This document shows positions 1-14,851 of a stretch of DNA of 64,000 bases, one piece after another. The position numbers were made by a program, and so were the translations under genes. The notes beneath the pieces are model-generated. The model did no database searches and was not told the origin of the DNA. It worked only from the letters and a program-made list of their open reading frames with translations. How positions within the stretch are numbered: the stretch's first letter is position 1; each line of letters opens with the position of its first letter. This stretch comes from Eledone cirrhosa (taxonomy: Eukaryota): the NCBI GenBank assembly GCA_964016885.1, contig OZ024750.1, positions 8,184,001 through 8,248,000 on the forward strand, written 5' to 3'.

Positions 1-932
<932 letters not shown>

Positions 933-1133
933 GCAGAGGTTATATTTAATTTGTTGGGATTCAACAACCTTAACAATTTTTTATAACTGATATAAAGCAC
1001 TCAGCAATGAGATGTATCTATGTATGTGGATGTGTGTGCACACATATACAGGTATATATGTATAATATATATATATATCCACACACACTGAGATGTATCT
1101 ATGTATGTGGATGTGCGTTCACACATATACAGG

Positions 1134-1199
<66 letters not shown>

Positions 1200-1915
1200 G
1201 TGTGTGTGTGTTTGTAGTGCCATCTTCAACTCAAATCTGACCGAAACCCCTTTCTTGTCGTAGCCAGACATTTTAATTTTCTACCATGGGCTCTTAGATG
1301 ACTACTGAACCCTATCATTGTCTTGAATATTTCTTGGTATGAGTGCCATGGAATTTTGACCACATACACCAACAGTGACTGCATCATTGTGAAATCAACT
1401 AACATGAATTTTCATATAGAAGTTTATACTTTTTGACATGGAAAACAGCACTGCTGAATCGCTCATGGAAAGCTGTGCAACTGAAAGTCTTGTATTATTC
1501 TTTTCTCGTGTATTTTCTCATGAGATCTGATGATAGAAGTTCCCAATGTTTTTGGCATTATCTAGCAGACACCGTTTTTAACAAATAACGAATTTTTTCT
1601 GTATTAATTTGATCGAGAGAATGCCATAAATTAGTTATATAGGTCGATACATTTCTAGATATGTAGACAGACAGATGCATAGTAAAGCTAGATGTTTCTA
1701 TCAGCACAACCCCATTAGTGAGTTCAGTTTACAGTTATGATAACAAATACATACCAAACTGGTACCTGAAACCTTAGGCATGAAGTTACTCTACATATTC
1801 CCAAATATATATACGTTGACTATTTCTTAGATACAAATATAATAAGCTTCAGACAAAATAGTATATATGTAAAGTAACCACACACACACATACACACAAA
1901 TACGCACACTCACCT

Positions 1916-1951
<36 letters not shown>

Positions 1952-2692
1952 ATTATATTGTGTATAAGGAATTAATTGATTATTTGTCTGTAAAAGTTGC
2001 ATCCACTCTTTGACAGCTTTTATTTTAATCATGCAGTGTAAAACAACCTCCTTTCCTAGTAAACTTGTAGATTTACAGATATCTACCATATGTCAAGGGT
2101 TCAATGCCATTCCAGCGCTCCTCTGACCTCTGCTATACCAACTGTATGTAGTCTATTATCAGGTTTCTGCAGTTAGTGGTAGTTTTCCTTATCAATATAT
2201 AGGTATCTTCTCACTTTCACTATCCAAGCCAACAATGAACTGCCAAAAGAATATTATGCACTTGATGGTTCCAAGAGAGCCTGCAGGTTGTTCTGGTGAT
2301 GAGAAGTTTCAGTTCTAGCATGATAGATACTACATGCACATGCACAAGGAACCAAAACCACTACTGACTGATTTGTTCATAATTCAATCATCGTGCTTCC
2401 TTAGCGAGATAACTCACTTGACTAGAAACCAATAAAGAATCTGTTGTGTGGTTAAAGAATGGCTCATTCGCATCTCAGCAACAATCAAGCTAAGTCTAAT
2501 TTTGTTATCGTAACCTTCAAGCCTTTCATCATATCTACACAGTGTCAGGGCTCAACTTCATCTACGGCGTGGCCTAATTTACGTAGGTACGAAAACCACA
2601 AGAGCTATAACCATGTTGTGGGATAGACTCCCACATTCTCTACTCACCATTCAAATTCTGACTAGCTTGATCTTTTATAATAAAATTATTTA

Positions 2693-2888
2693 GATAATTG
2701 TTTCTTCTATTGGAACAAGACCAGCAATTATCCTAGTGTATTACTGGTACTTTATTTTATCATCCCCGTAAGGATGAAAGACAAAGTTAACCTCGGCGAG
2801 ATTTGAACTCAGACCATAAAGAGCCGTAACTCTTTGCTGCAAAGCATGGCGTCCGACCCTCTACCGATACTGCCAATCCATCTCCCTT
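2693..2888 (-). mobile_element. SINE copy with 14-bp TSD attatttagataat
   Basis: Reverse complement of the 20116 family; TSD at 2685-2698 and 2889-2902. Confidence 0.85.
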
Positions 2889-3247
2889 ATTATTTAGATA
2901 ATAAGGTAAGATATCATGGTTTGAAATATTGAAACCTGATGTATTTCTACTTAGAGACCACAAACGTTAGATTAGATCAGGAAGGTATAGGCAATAGATT
3001 AATAAAGATTTAATTAACTCAATATAATTGATATTTGGGCGTTCTCACAACTGATATACAATTTAGGCATACTAAGGGAATATTCCATGTCATCTATGTA
3101 TATGCACCTCTCACCACCTCCCTCACCACCTCTCTCACCACCTCTCTCACCCCTCTCTCTCCCTCTCTGTATTTGTGTATACATATATATATATATACAT
3201 AGATATATGTATATATATACATATACTTAGATATATATAAACGGAAA

Positions 3248-3591
3248 AAAATGAAACGAAATTTCATTTCCCACTCTTAGTACGGCTGTTACTTAAATAT
3301 AAGTATGTACACGTACATACATATATGTATACAGACGTACAGTAGTATGTATATATATATACATACATGCACACATATATATATGTACGTATGGATTCAC
3401 CGAGCAACGATGGTTGCTAGACACTACGGCTTAATACGGGATGTTTTTTTACAAACACACCGAGCATTATAATAAATGTTCGGTGAATCCATACGTACAT
3501 ATATATATATGTGTGTATGTATGTATATATACATACATACTACTGTACTTCTGTATACATATATGTATGTACGTGTACATACTTATATTTA
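3248..3591. mobile_element. Diverged dispersed relative of the 466-bp monomer, itself folded back (arms ~3294-3403 / ~3480-3591)
   Basis: aaatgaaacgaaatttcatttcccactcttag...catacatatatgtatacagacgtacagtag matches 58653-58754; arms are reverse-complementary. Confidence 0.8.
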
Positions 3592-4088
3592 TATATATAT
3601 ATATACCCACTGAGAGAGAAAGAAAGAGATGTGCGAGTGTGTATGCTGAAATATGTTTTGATCTAATCCTAATCCTAAATCCCCGAAAGGGAAACCTTGA
3701 AGTGGTCACAAAGTACGGTATATGTTCTATAACTGATAATTCTATGAAAGCCAACAGATTGTGTCAGAGGAATAAGTGTAATGTTGTTGCTTATTAGCTT
3801 AGCAGTATTAACAATAGAAATAGATGTAGCTTTACTTAATTTCTCTTTGTTCAGGTCTATTCTTCTATTTCAGATCACTGCTACCTAGTGCATCGAGATT
3901 AATGAGAATTATTGTACTCTCAATAGCAATGATATTGAAGTGTTTATGTATTGCAGCATAAATATTAGTTATTGTATATTTTCGCTTCGGTAGAAGAATT
4001 CAGACTTTGTGAAGGTGTTTAGATACCCGGATGTGTTCCTCTGTGTATCTTAGGTCACACATTACATATTTTAAAACATTATATCTAG

Positions 4089-4127
<39 letters not shown>

Positions 4128-5125
4128 TATATATGTGATTTTCTAACACACTCTCTCACTCTTCATGCTAATGATCAACAATTAGATAAACTTAGATAAT
4201 TATTAATTAGTACGCGAATGAGATTACAAAATTCACGAAGACAGGCATCTTCAGTTTGTTGGATGTAACTTGAGATTTATTATTAAGAAGATATTGACCT
4301 CATTGAGATATGAACGAAAAGCTCCAGTATATTAATCAGAACTAATTAGTGATATACGCAAACGAATTTCCGATTCATTTCAGTATAATGCAGATTTTGA
4401 TGAGAACTCCTTTTGTTAAACCAAATGCGTTAGAAAAACCGGATTCAGATTTGAAATTAGTTTTATTTCCAGATAATCACCATCTTTTAATCATTTATAC
4501 TCCAGGATCATGGTCAAATGTCATTGATAAAGGAAAGATCTGTTTTAAGCTGGTGATTCTTCACCAGTTTTCACTTCACCTCTTAGTTTCGACAAAAAAA
4601 TAATTGTATATAACTGTATAAAAACGAATTTGATTAGCTCACTATTGGGAAACTGCATTTGTGTATTGATGTTAATTTTACAACGGTATAATATATGTTT
4701 ACACCACCACATAGCGTGTTTATTGAAAAATTAATTAATACCTTCACCTGAAGTCAATAAGTGATCAGCTTTATGAGCATCTAAATATGAAAATCCAATC
4801 AAGTAACGGTATTTATCGCACTAGTACTGCTATATAAATTTACATTACATATATATGTGTGCATGCAATATAAATATCATGGGTGGGCTGTAACGGTTTA
4901 TTAAGCAGCGTTAATGAATTATCTCTTCACATTCTATGAATTGATCAGGTTTCTGTAAAGGGTTAATTCAAGTCCTTCTCTTAATGAACTTCCATACATT
5001 GCTTCATCACAAATCAGGTTTATTATCAAGAATCCGAACAACGCAGGATAAAATGCATTACAGTATTATGTTACTCTCCTTCACAACCTGAGTTCAATCT
5101 CTGCCGATGTCGACTTTGGTGAAAA

Positions 5126-5310
5126 ATAATTGTTTCTACTTTTGGCACAATGCCAGCAATTATCCAGTGTATTACTGGTACTTTATTTTATCGATCCCGT
5201 AAGGATGAAAGGCAAAGTTAACCTCGGTGGGATTTGAACTCAGAATGTCAAGGGCCGTAACTCTATGCGTCAAAGCATGGTGTCCGACCCTCTACCGATA
5301 CTACCAATCC
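5126..5310 (-). mobile_element. SINE copy
   Basis: Same family by direct comparison. Confidence 0.85.
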
Positions 5311-6819
5311 AAATGCTTTGGTCTAAAATAATAAATGAAATACAGGTCGTGTATTTGTATTTACATGGTCATTCTCCTTTCCAGTATAAATATGTGACAT
5401 GGCTCTCACATTGGAAACCAAAGATTAGGCTAGGCATATTTCACGCATATTTTATTAATTTTGTATTGTTGCTTTTGTTGAATTTTAGCCTCAGATAAGC
5501 CCTCGTTGAACTATTCAATCTTTGATTAATAACCATATGTGATAATTTCAAGGTTTTTTTATAGTCCTGCTGCACCTATAAATACATTATCCATTGCATT
5601 ATCTCCCTTTTTATACGATATTGTTTCTCTTCTGTTGCATTACATTGACTGTATCAACTACAAATCTACTTAATAAGACTTTGAGTTTAGAACTAAACCA
5701 TAGTACAAATTATTGCTAGAAATATCTACACATTATTTTCCATGATCCGAAATGGATGCAAGATTTAGAGAAGGAAACAAAGAAATAGTATGATTCATAT
5801 ATTCTCAAGTTAATTATAGACACTTAACTATGAAAAACCTTAATATATGCAAATCATCAAAGCTTCGAAAAGTTATATTTTTTTATTATTGAAGTAATAA
5901 AACATATATTACTAGGAAGTCCGTGATTAAGTATAAACTCGATTGTAAATTATAATTTAATTTTAAATCGATGATTTGTATATAAAATTGATATTGACTC
6001 ATAGAGAAGCTTCTATAGTTTCAATCATATAAGGTTCATATATATTTTATTTTATACACAAATGTACACTAATTGAATTATATGATTTATATTCATCCGT
6101 TTAGAAGAACTATACTGAATCATGTGGAACATTATAATGGTCAAACAACACTGATTTCATAGTTATGCTTTTTATTGGTTTATATATATGACTTTATAAT
6201 AATCTGTATACTAACATGTCCATTGATTTCATATACAAGTACAACGTAGTATAACATATTCGATAAATAGTCACAGAAACAACTCTGTCGTTACAACGTT
6301 TGCTACACTACCGGGTGGCAGTACCAATATTTTGTGAATGGAATTTGTTAGACAGAAATCTTAAGGAAGCTTGAATATATGTCACCGTGGAAATTATTAA
6401 AATTGTAGTTATTTAGGATATAAACACAGTAGTCTATATTTAATATGCTACAGTAAATCTTCACCAGGTAGCATCTATTAGGATATCCGAGATATTAATG
6501 CAGGCACCTATCTTAATTTTAAATTCCATAAAACTGTTAAGGTTTACGTGTTGTCATTTCCTACCTTATGCATTTTTAATGTAAAAGTTCTTTTAGAGCT
6601 GTTCGTCATTTTACGTTAAATAAATATTTTATTTCTTTTTATATTATGTGAAACTAGCTTTACTGAGAAGTGAGATAATGTTGTAAAGTGAAAGAAAGAG
6701 TTGGGGTTTGCTATAATGGATGTTCATATAAGAATTAATCAAAATATATCTTACTCTTTGACTTAATAAAACATTAATAATATATATATGTAATACAATG
6801 ACGATTGGGTATATATATA

Positions 6820-7288
6820 ATCATCATCACTTTACGTCCACTTTTCCCTGCTTGCAGGGTGGGATGGATCCTCTTCAGCATAGCATCTTTCCATTCGTCA
6901 CGGACCCTCGTCATCTCCTATGTAAGCTTCAGCGATCTGAGGTCAGCTCTAACCACCTCCGCCCATGTTTTTTTGTGATCTTCCTCGACTTCGTCTTCCT
7001 TTTACTGGGATTTCTTGGCACTTCTTTACCCAGCGGTCATCGTCCATGCGCATCACATGTCCATACCAACGCAGTCTTCTCTCCCGGATACTACAGCCTA
7101 TCCCACTTATACAGTTTCACTCACAACTCGTCTATGCTTGGTCGTTCACGCACATTAACATTGCACATCCATCGGAGCATGCTTGCTTCATTTCTTTCCA
7201 GTCGTCGCATATCCTCCGCAGTTGCTGCCCATGTCTCACTACCATACAGCATCGCGCATCTCACACAGGCATCATATAACCGATCTTT
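6820..7288 (-). mobile_element. 3' fragment of an RTE-clade LINE (C-terminal ORF remnant plus tga tail)
   Basis: Minus-strand translation LYDACVRCAMLYGSETWA...RNEASMLRWMC...RLRWYGHVMRMDDDRWVKK...GRRSRGR, typical of RTE C-termini; interrupted by stops. Confidence 0.88.
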
Positions 7289-7705
7289 ATTATATATATA
7301 ATTCTGAAAAAGGCGTGGACATTTTGACAGCATATCAATGTGCATAGGTCTTCGTAATATAAAATGAAGAATCACTTTAGCTGAAACAGACAAGATTAAT
7401 GAAACACATATTGCTAATGATCAACGCTGTATTTGATGCCTTTGAACATGTTATATCAATTATGTTTAACAGCAAATTGGGATTGTAATTGTCAACTACT
7501 AAAACGTGCATTTAAACACTTTGGTTCCTGAGAACAATAATTATAAGAAACCTGACAATAATGTTTAATCGCTGAAAATTCCTTGTTTTATAAGGATGGG
7601 TTATTCCTCAAAACTATGTTCTTTTTGCAGTCTACATCTTATTTAACACAGTGAAGTAGTGAAAACCTAATGACCTAGCAAATAATCAAAATCTACGGGG
7701 AATAA

Positions 7706-7739
<34 letters not shown>

Positions 7740-7745
7740 TAAGTA

Positions 7746-7795
<50 letters not shown>

Positions 7796-7819
7796 TAGAT
7801 GTATCTGTGTGTGAGTGTG

Positions 7820-7870
<51 letters not shown>

Positions 7871-7997
7871 GTACACACACATATATATAAGAGAGAGAGA
7901 GAGATAAGTGTCTATATAAATATATATATAGTTATAGATGTATCCGTGTGTGTGTGTGTGTGTATATATATACATATATATATACATGTTTATGTGC

Positions 7998-8032
<35 letters not shown>

Positions 8033-8369
8033 ATTATATATATATATGTGTATATATATTTATGATGCCCCAGCTTGGCAGTTTTCCAACTGCTGGAACC
8101 AATAAACATAACGTATGACCAAATTATTTTCAGGCAAGATTGAAAGCTTTACAGTTGTACAATGCTCTTTATGATATATCGATTATTCTACATTCTATTT
8201 CTCAAAATTGAAAACAAAAACTGGAATAACAACGTAGAATGCATATAACGTAATTCATATTGGGAAATAAATGAGATAGGGATAAACAACATATATGTCT
8301 AAAACCCCTAAAAGAGATATATTATGTAGCTATGTATGGATGTTAATGTCTGTGTATATGTCCATATGT

Positions 8370-8437
8370 GAACGCACACACGCACATACACACACACATG
8401 TATATATGCATATACACATGTATATATACGTATATAC

Positions 8438-8506
<69 letters not shown>

Positions 8507-8607
8507 CATATATATATATATATACACATATACATATACATACATATATATATATATATACACATATACATATACATACATATATATATATATACACACA
8601 TATACAT

Positions 8608-8662
<55 letters not shown>

Positions 8663-8663
8663 T

Positions 8664-8714
<51 letters not shown>

Positions 8715-8723
8715 TATACACAC

Positions 8724-8774
<51 letters not shown>

Positions 8775-8980
8775 TGTATATTTATATATATATGTATATA
8801 TATACATGTATATATATATGTATATATATGTATATATATACATGTGTATATATACATGTATATATATATGTATATATATACATGTGTATATATACATGTA
8901 TATATATATGTATATATATATGTATGTATATATATATTTATATATATACATGTATATATATATATTTATATATATACATG

Positions 8981-9012
<32 letters not shown>

Positions 9013-9282
9013 CATGTATCTCTATATATATTTACATGTATGTATATATGTATTTATATATATATATGTATTTATATATATATATGTATATATATATATG
9101 TATATATATGTATGTGTATATACATGTATATATATATATACATGTATATATATATACATGTATATATATATGTGTATATACATGTATATATATATATGTA
9201 TATATACATGTGTATATATATATGTATGTATGTATATATGTACACACCCAAATATATATATAATAAATAAATATATATATAT

Positions 9283-9342
<60 letters not shown>
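8370..9342. repeat. Compound (TA)n/TACA/TACATG microsatellite
   Basis: Direct reading. Confidence 0.95.
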
Positions 9343-9345
<3 letters not shown>

Positions 9346-9595
9346 TCTGAAAAGTTTACCAAGTATTATTCTTAGGTTGACGTTTTTAATGGAAAATGGG
9401 GAAAACCAGTAGAAAATTGTTATGTTTTCATTACCTTACATCTCTTATTTCTTATTGAATACTTCTCTCCATGCTACTAGTTACATCCAATACAACTATT
9501 ATTGAAAATAGTACTATAGTATACTTAGGAAAATTAGAGTATAGTTATCATAATTATATTCAGTTCTACACATAAGTGTTTTACCATTTCGACAG

Positions 9596-9624
9596 AAAAC
9601 TGCAAAAGCTTAACAATTCGGCAG
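9596..9624 (+). CDS. Candidate 29-nt micro-exon of the FERM-domain gene (..NCKSLTIRQ)
   Basis: Acceptor ttttaccatttcgacAG and strong donor CAG|GTGAGT. Read to end in phase 0 it joins the 10473 exon. KSLTIRQ loosely resembles the talin/kindlin F1 segment (RTLREQ / RSLMEQ). Short, so weak support. Confidence 0.4.
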
Positions 9625-9794
9625 GTGAGTTAGTGTCCCATGAACATCAATACTCAACCTTTTTTCCATTCAGATGGGTTTTTTTAAATCCCTACTAACA
9701 GACTAATTCAACGTAGTCAAATACGGCGTAAGCACATGTTACTACATAATTTTGAAATTCACTAGCCGTTTGTAAACAAAGCCTGCTTTATGTC

Positions 9795-9847
<53 letters not shown>

Positions 9848-10157
9848 TAATAAAATAATGGATAAACAAAGAAACAGTTCCTTATATTAAAAGAATTCAT
9901 CATTTTACGATCGTTTCTAAACTTTTGGTAGATTTATCTACATATATATAACACGAAAAGAATCAGGATCCCGACGGTTGGGCTACGCTAGTTTCGACAG
10001 CTAGATCCTAAGTATCGAGTACTCTGCTGCGTTATGGTCCCCCTCGTATCTTACACACCATACGTATCTGTGTGTATGTATGTCCATGTTTCGACAGCAA
10101 ACAGTAAAAGCTTAACCATTGAGCAGAAAATTCTTGAGATGCAAATGATATATATTT

Positions 10158-10241
<84 letters not shown>

Positions 10242-10472
10242 TTATATATATTCCTGTCTATGTGTATATAAATGTGTGTACATATTTCTAAGTATTTCTA
10301 TGGTCTGAAATGTATAAAAAAAAATGACCTGTTCTCTTATATTCTTTAAATGACAATTAACCTATTTTCTTTGTTAGAAAAATCTATTATGGAATTCTTC
10401 TGATTACTTTCGCAATTTTATTTATATATTTCTCTATTTCTATATTTGTTGTATTTATTCTTTTCGTAATAG

Positions 10473-10541
10473 GAACGAACGATCACAAAGACTTCCAAAG
10501 ACGATTCCGAAGATGAGAATTGCCATTTGCAATACAAAAGA
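10473..10541 (+). CDS. Exon of the FERM-domain gene (ERTITKTSKDDSEDENCHLQYKR), end of F1 lobe
   Basis: Pyrimidine tract plus taatAG acceptor, AGA|GTAAGT consensus donor, 69 nt open in phase 0. E-x-x-x-L-x-Y-K-R resembles the last F1 strand of talin/kindlin-type FERMs. Confidence 0.65.
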
Positions 10542-10735
10542 GTAAGTATATTGAGATATCGGTATTTGACCTTAAGGAAGAGATTCTAATTAAATCTAAC
10601 GAAATATTAGCAGCATTAATACTCCAACTATAATCTTTATCCATAAAACATATTTCATTCATTTCTTCTCTAATATCTCTCTCTCTCTCCTCTTTCTAAT
10701 TATTCTTTGGTCGTTTTTCCTTTCATTATTTTCAG

Positions 10736-10764
10736 ATATATAGTGACCTGGGTTTGGAAAATAG
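10736..10764 (+). CDS. 29-nt micro-exon of the FERM-domain gene (IYSDLGLEN+)
   Basis: Long pyrimidine tract plus ttttcAG, donor AG|GTAATC. Joined to the previous exon it gives YKR-IYSDLGLEN, like talin RRKFFYSDQNVDS. Ends in phase 2, so a further exon is needed before 15454 (not found). Confidence 0.6.
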
Positions 10765-10924
10765 GTAATCTTGCTCATTGAAAGCTGATGACAAGATTTG
10801 CCGGTCTGCCGGTGTGCCTGTCTGTCATAGATTTACACATATATATACATACTCTCACGTAAAATTCATCATTACGTGCTCATTATGTACACATGCATGC
10901 ATTATGTACACATACATCCAAGTA

Positions 10925-10981
<57 letters not shown>

Positions 10982-11135
10982 TATATAGATATAGATATAA
11001 ATTGTCTGAATAGAACATGCCAGAAGGTTATTATGCAACCACTCTGACATCTTCGAAATACATATAACAGAATTACGTAATAAGATGTACACATAAAACC
11101 GTCTCACTTATTCTCATGTATATATATTTATTTAT

Positions 11136-11317
11136 TTAGTTATGTAATAAACAACATAAGATAATTATTTCATTTACCACTGGTTTCTTGAAGGCAGATG
11201 TTATGTCTGTCTTCAGTCGTCAGAATAAGTAAATAGCATGGTGTTTTTATTAAATATGGATTCAAGAAACCACTGGTAAATGAAATAATTATCTTATGTT
11301 GTTTATTACATAACTAA
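11136..11317. repeat. Inverted repeat, 57-bp arms (11136-11192 / 11261-11317)
   Basis: ttagttatgtaataaacaacataag...ttcttgaa versus ttcaagaa...cttatgttgtttattacataactaa. Confidence 0.9.
11170..11228 (-). ncRNA. Type I hammerhead ribozyme motif within a fold-back element
   Basis: Minus strand: TTATT-CTGACGA-C TGAAGACAGA CATAACA TCTGCCTTCA A-GAAA-CC AGT GG-TA-AATGA. Intact core, GUA site, weak 5-bp stem I. Confidence 0.7.
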
Positions 11318-11380
11318 TAAGCTCTGTAGCCTACATAGAGCACTCTTTTTTCCTGTACCTTTCCGACGGAAATACTTCAT

Positions 11381-11445
<65 letters not shown>

Positions 11446-11446
11446 T

Positions 11447-11487
11447 CCGAGCTGAAGATCCGCATAAGGTGAAACCATTGTTCTCGG
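11447..11487 (+). ncRNA. Minimal type I hammerhead ribozyme motif
   Basis: CCGAG-CTGAAGA-T CC GCATAA GG T-GAAA-C CATT G-TT-CTCGG. Perfect 5-bp stem I, intact core, very short stems II and III, GUU site. Starts right after a (TA)n tract. Confidence 0.68.
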
Positions 11488-13039
11488 TATGGTGAACTAA
11501 CTGTTGTTACTACTTCTACCAAACTTATCCCATGGACTGAGTGCTCTACCCACTACGGATATTACCTTCCAATGTACTACCTCTCTCTCTATATATATAT
11601 ATATATTCTGAATAATTACTAGCCACACTGCACTAAAAAAATTGCATTCAGTTATTCTTATGCTCTCTATTTCTTTCCCTTATACACGAAAGCATCGCTA
11701 AAACCTTTTAAATGACATGTTAGAATTCAATAGCTTCTTCTTTTATGAACCAGGATAGAAAGGGTATTTTACTTGCCCATCCAACTTTCTTTATTTTGTC
11801 ACATTATAACCAGTGTAGTTATTCTGGTTACATTCATCTTTCATACTCTCTCTCTCTCTCTCTTTCACTCTATCTCGCCGAGTCAAATACTCACACAGAC
11901 TACCCTCTTTCTATCTCTTTCTTTCTATCCCTTTATTTCTCCCTCTGTCTTTCTCTCTATCTCCCTGATACCTTTTAAAAAAAATAAAAAAAGGTAATTT
12001 CGGAATTCAATAGTTCTGCTGAACTAAATGAGAATTATTTATTTTAGTAGTTCCCTTATTGATAATTATATCTTTCTTTTATACATAGAAAGGTCACCGT
12101 AACTTTTTTAAATCCTGTGAGATCCTTTCTTTCCCCCCTCTTCATCCTGCAGTATTATTCTAGAGAATGGCTCAACATACACTTAAATATCAAATTCCTT
12201 TATCACACTATTGTGTTTTGAATTACTTAATTCTTTATTTTATCTTAGCTGAAATATTACCCTAATCTCACTTTAGACCCTCTTCCATCACGTTATCAAT
12301 TCTTTCTTTGACCAATGTTATTTTCTTTTGATGAAAATTGTCTTCGTTTTAAAATATCTTCTCTTCTATCAATTCTCCTCTCTTCTCTTTATGTATTATT
12401 TTATAATTCTCCTGGCGACAAAAAGCTATCACCATCTACACTGAGGCCTACATAGAGAGAAATATGGCTTCTGATGCAGCAACAAATAAAACGCCTCAAA
12501 ACTAATGGTTAATCAGAAAGTTATGGCGATCGGTCTTCTATTTTCGTTTGTAAAACCATTAAAAAAAGAAATAACATCCCACCTGGTTTAACACACCACT
12601 TCTTTGTGGGTGCTTGTGTGTCTTCGTGTGTGAGAGATAGAGAAAGAGAGTGGGTATGTCTGTGTGTGAGAGTATTTGTGCGTTTGCATATGTTTGTGGG
12701 AGTTCTCAATTGCTTCCTTTACAATGAAAGAGCCTCATTGGGTCATGTCAAACCTTGGGGTTTTGACCCTTCACTAACTGAAAGTGGGTTTGATTCTCGG
12801 AGGCACAAATCTGGGCAGGTTACTTTCAGGAACACTAGCAATTAGTCATACATGCAAGACTTCCCTCTCCATAGCATTGATGTAATCCATCCAGAAAGGT
12901 ATATGCTGATACAACATGTGCCTCAGAGGCGTCAGGACTAATTTCTTTTTGTTGAATGGACTTCAACAGCATTGTGAAGGGCACAACTACCCACTTGGTC
13001 CTAGAATAATATTCGAATTCTCTAAGTATAAGGTCTCAC

Positions 13040-13660
13040 GAGATTAATCAATAAGAAAGGGCTTAGTGATGAATCTTGTTCACAGCCCATTTTGTGATTT
13101 ATACCATTCCATAAAAAATACATGATTTAAAGGACCGATATAAGGCTACTTCCAGCTATAGACAGACATTAAAACACTATTAGAGTTAGTTCCTTTATCC
13201 TCATCTGCCCAATTGTTTGGGGGTAACATCTAAAAAGACATATTTGCTACATACATCTTTCCTATTTTTTCAATATCATATACAACATCATTTTGATCTT
13301 ATTCACGGCTTACAACTAAATCCAAACTGACACATTCCATTAGTCTACTAAACATTAAGAATTTAATATTACATCTATGTTCAGGCAGATTCAACCCGTG
13401 TCCCCATTCATCTAATCTAAACATTGTTTTAAAAACATACTCTTTTTAATATTAGTTGAACATTTTAGCTTCAAATTCAATAACATTAGTTGTGACACCA
13501 AACACCTACAAACACCAGTATTTATTGTCTCCAGTTCCTGTATTAAACATATCTGTTTCACTTTCTTTCTATCTGAAGTCATTCTTTTGAGCATCATAGC
13601 ATCCACATCCACTTGGCTCTATAGTTCTAGCCATACTGAGAACTGGCAACATAGTAAAGA
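13040..13660 (-). mobile_element. Highly degenerate LINE reverse-transcriptase fragment
   Basis: Minus strand ends in ..GCEQDSSLSPFLL (cf. GxxQGxxLSPxLF), preceded by QYG..DAM..KK..C residues; many stops and frameshifts. Confidence 0.4.
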
Positions 13661-14114
13661 ATTCATACGTTGCTTATTTAATCTTTGTTGAAATACAATC
13701 CCAATATCACCTTAGACACTCTTCCATTACCTTGTCAGTTCTTTCGTTGGCCCATATTACCTTTTGTGGTTTCCATTAAACGATATAATCAATTTTGTAT
13801 GACCCATTCAGCCTAGTTGACCGATGGTTGTTTCCAATCTACTAAATGGTTAAAATATGAAGAACATTCACCTATAAAAGACAATCATCTTTAACAAAAC
13901 TAAATTCATCCTAGACCAAGTTAATATATATATATATATATATATATCGCCTCACATCCATGTACGTCAATACTCATCTTTATCCATTTCTCCGAGGGTT
14001 CTTAACCCCACTATCAGGCTAAATAATTTCTTTAATTTCTTTAGTCAAAATACGGCGAAAGCTTACATTTCTAATAATTTGAAACCAGCTCGCTGTTTTG
14101 AAAATATCCTTACT

Positions 14115-14266
<152 letters not shown>

Positions 14267-14381
14267 GGAATCAAAGCTATGTTCAAGCATTTATTCGCTT
14301 ACAATTGTTTCATCCAAACCGAGGCTTGGAGTCTTCGGACCATTTTTCAATGTTTGTACACTTACATGACCTCCTTAATAC

Positions 14382-14442
<61 letters not shown>

Positions 14443-14583
14443 TAGAAAGGGAATGATGATCTCTTTTGAATGACAGTTCTAGTCCTGTAGAAGCCATTTC
14501 TATAGTATACACGATGTTTAGACTCTACTAATGTATTGATTACATTACTTACTGTGTTTATCTCCAATTGAACCTGGGGCTTT

Positions 14584-14650
<67 letters not shown>

Positions 14651-14851
14651 TATATATATATAAAATAAAGAAGGAGTGGTAAGATACCAGGTGAACCATA
14701 ACGCACCAGAGTACTCCATACTTAGGGTTGTAGAGTGGGTAATATGAAAAGAGTCAGGACCCCGACGGCTGAGCTCCGGCCATTTCGACTGTTAGATCCG
14801 CATGATCTAGCCGTCGGGGTCCTGACTCTTTATATATATATATATATATAA

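Noticed and set aside
12875-12898. 24-nt AG/GT-bounded segment as the missing exon
   Set aside because: Does not correct the phase, has no FERM similarity, and appears to lie in an old repeat.
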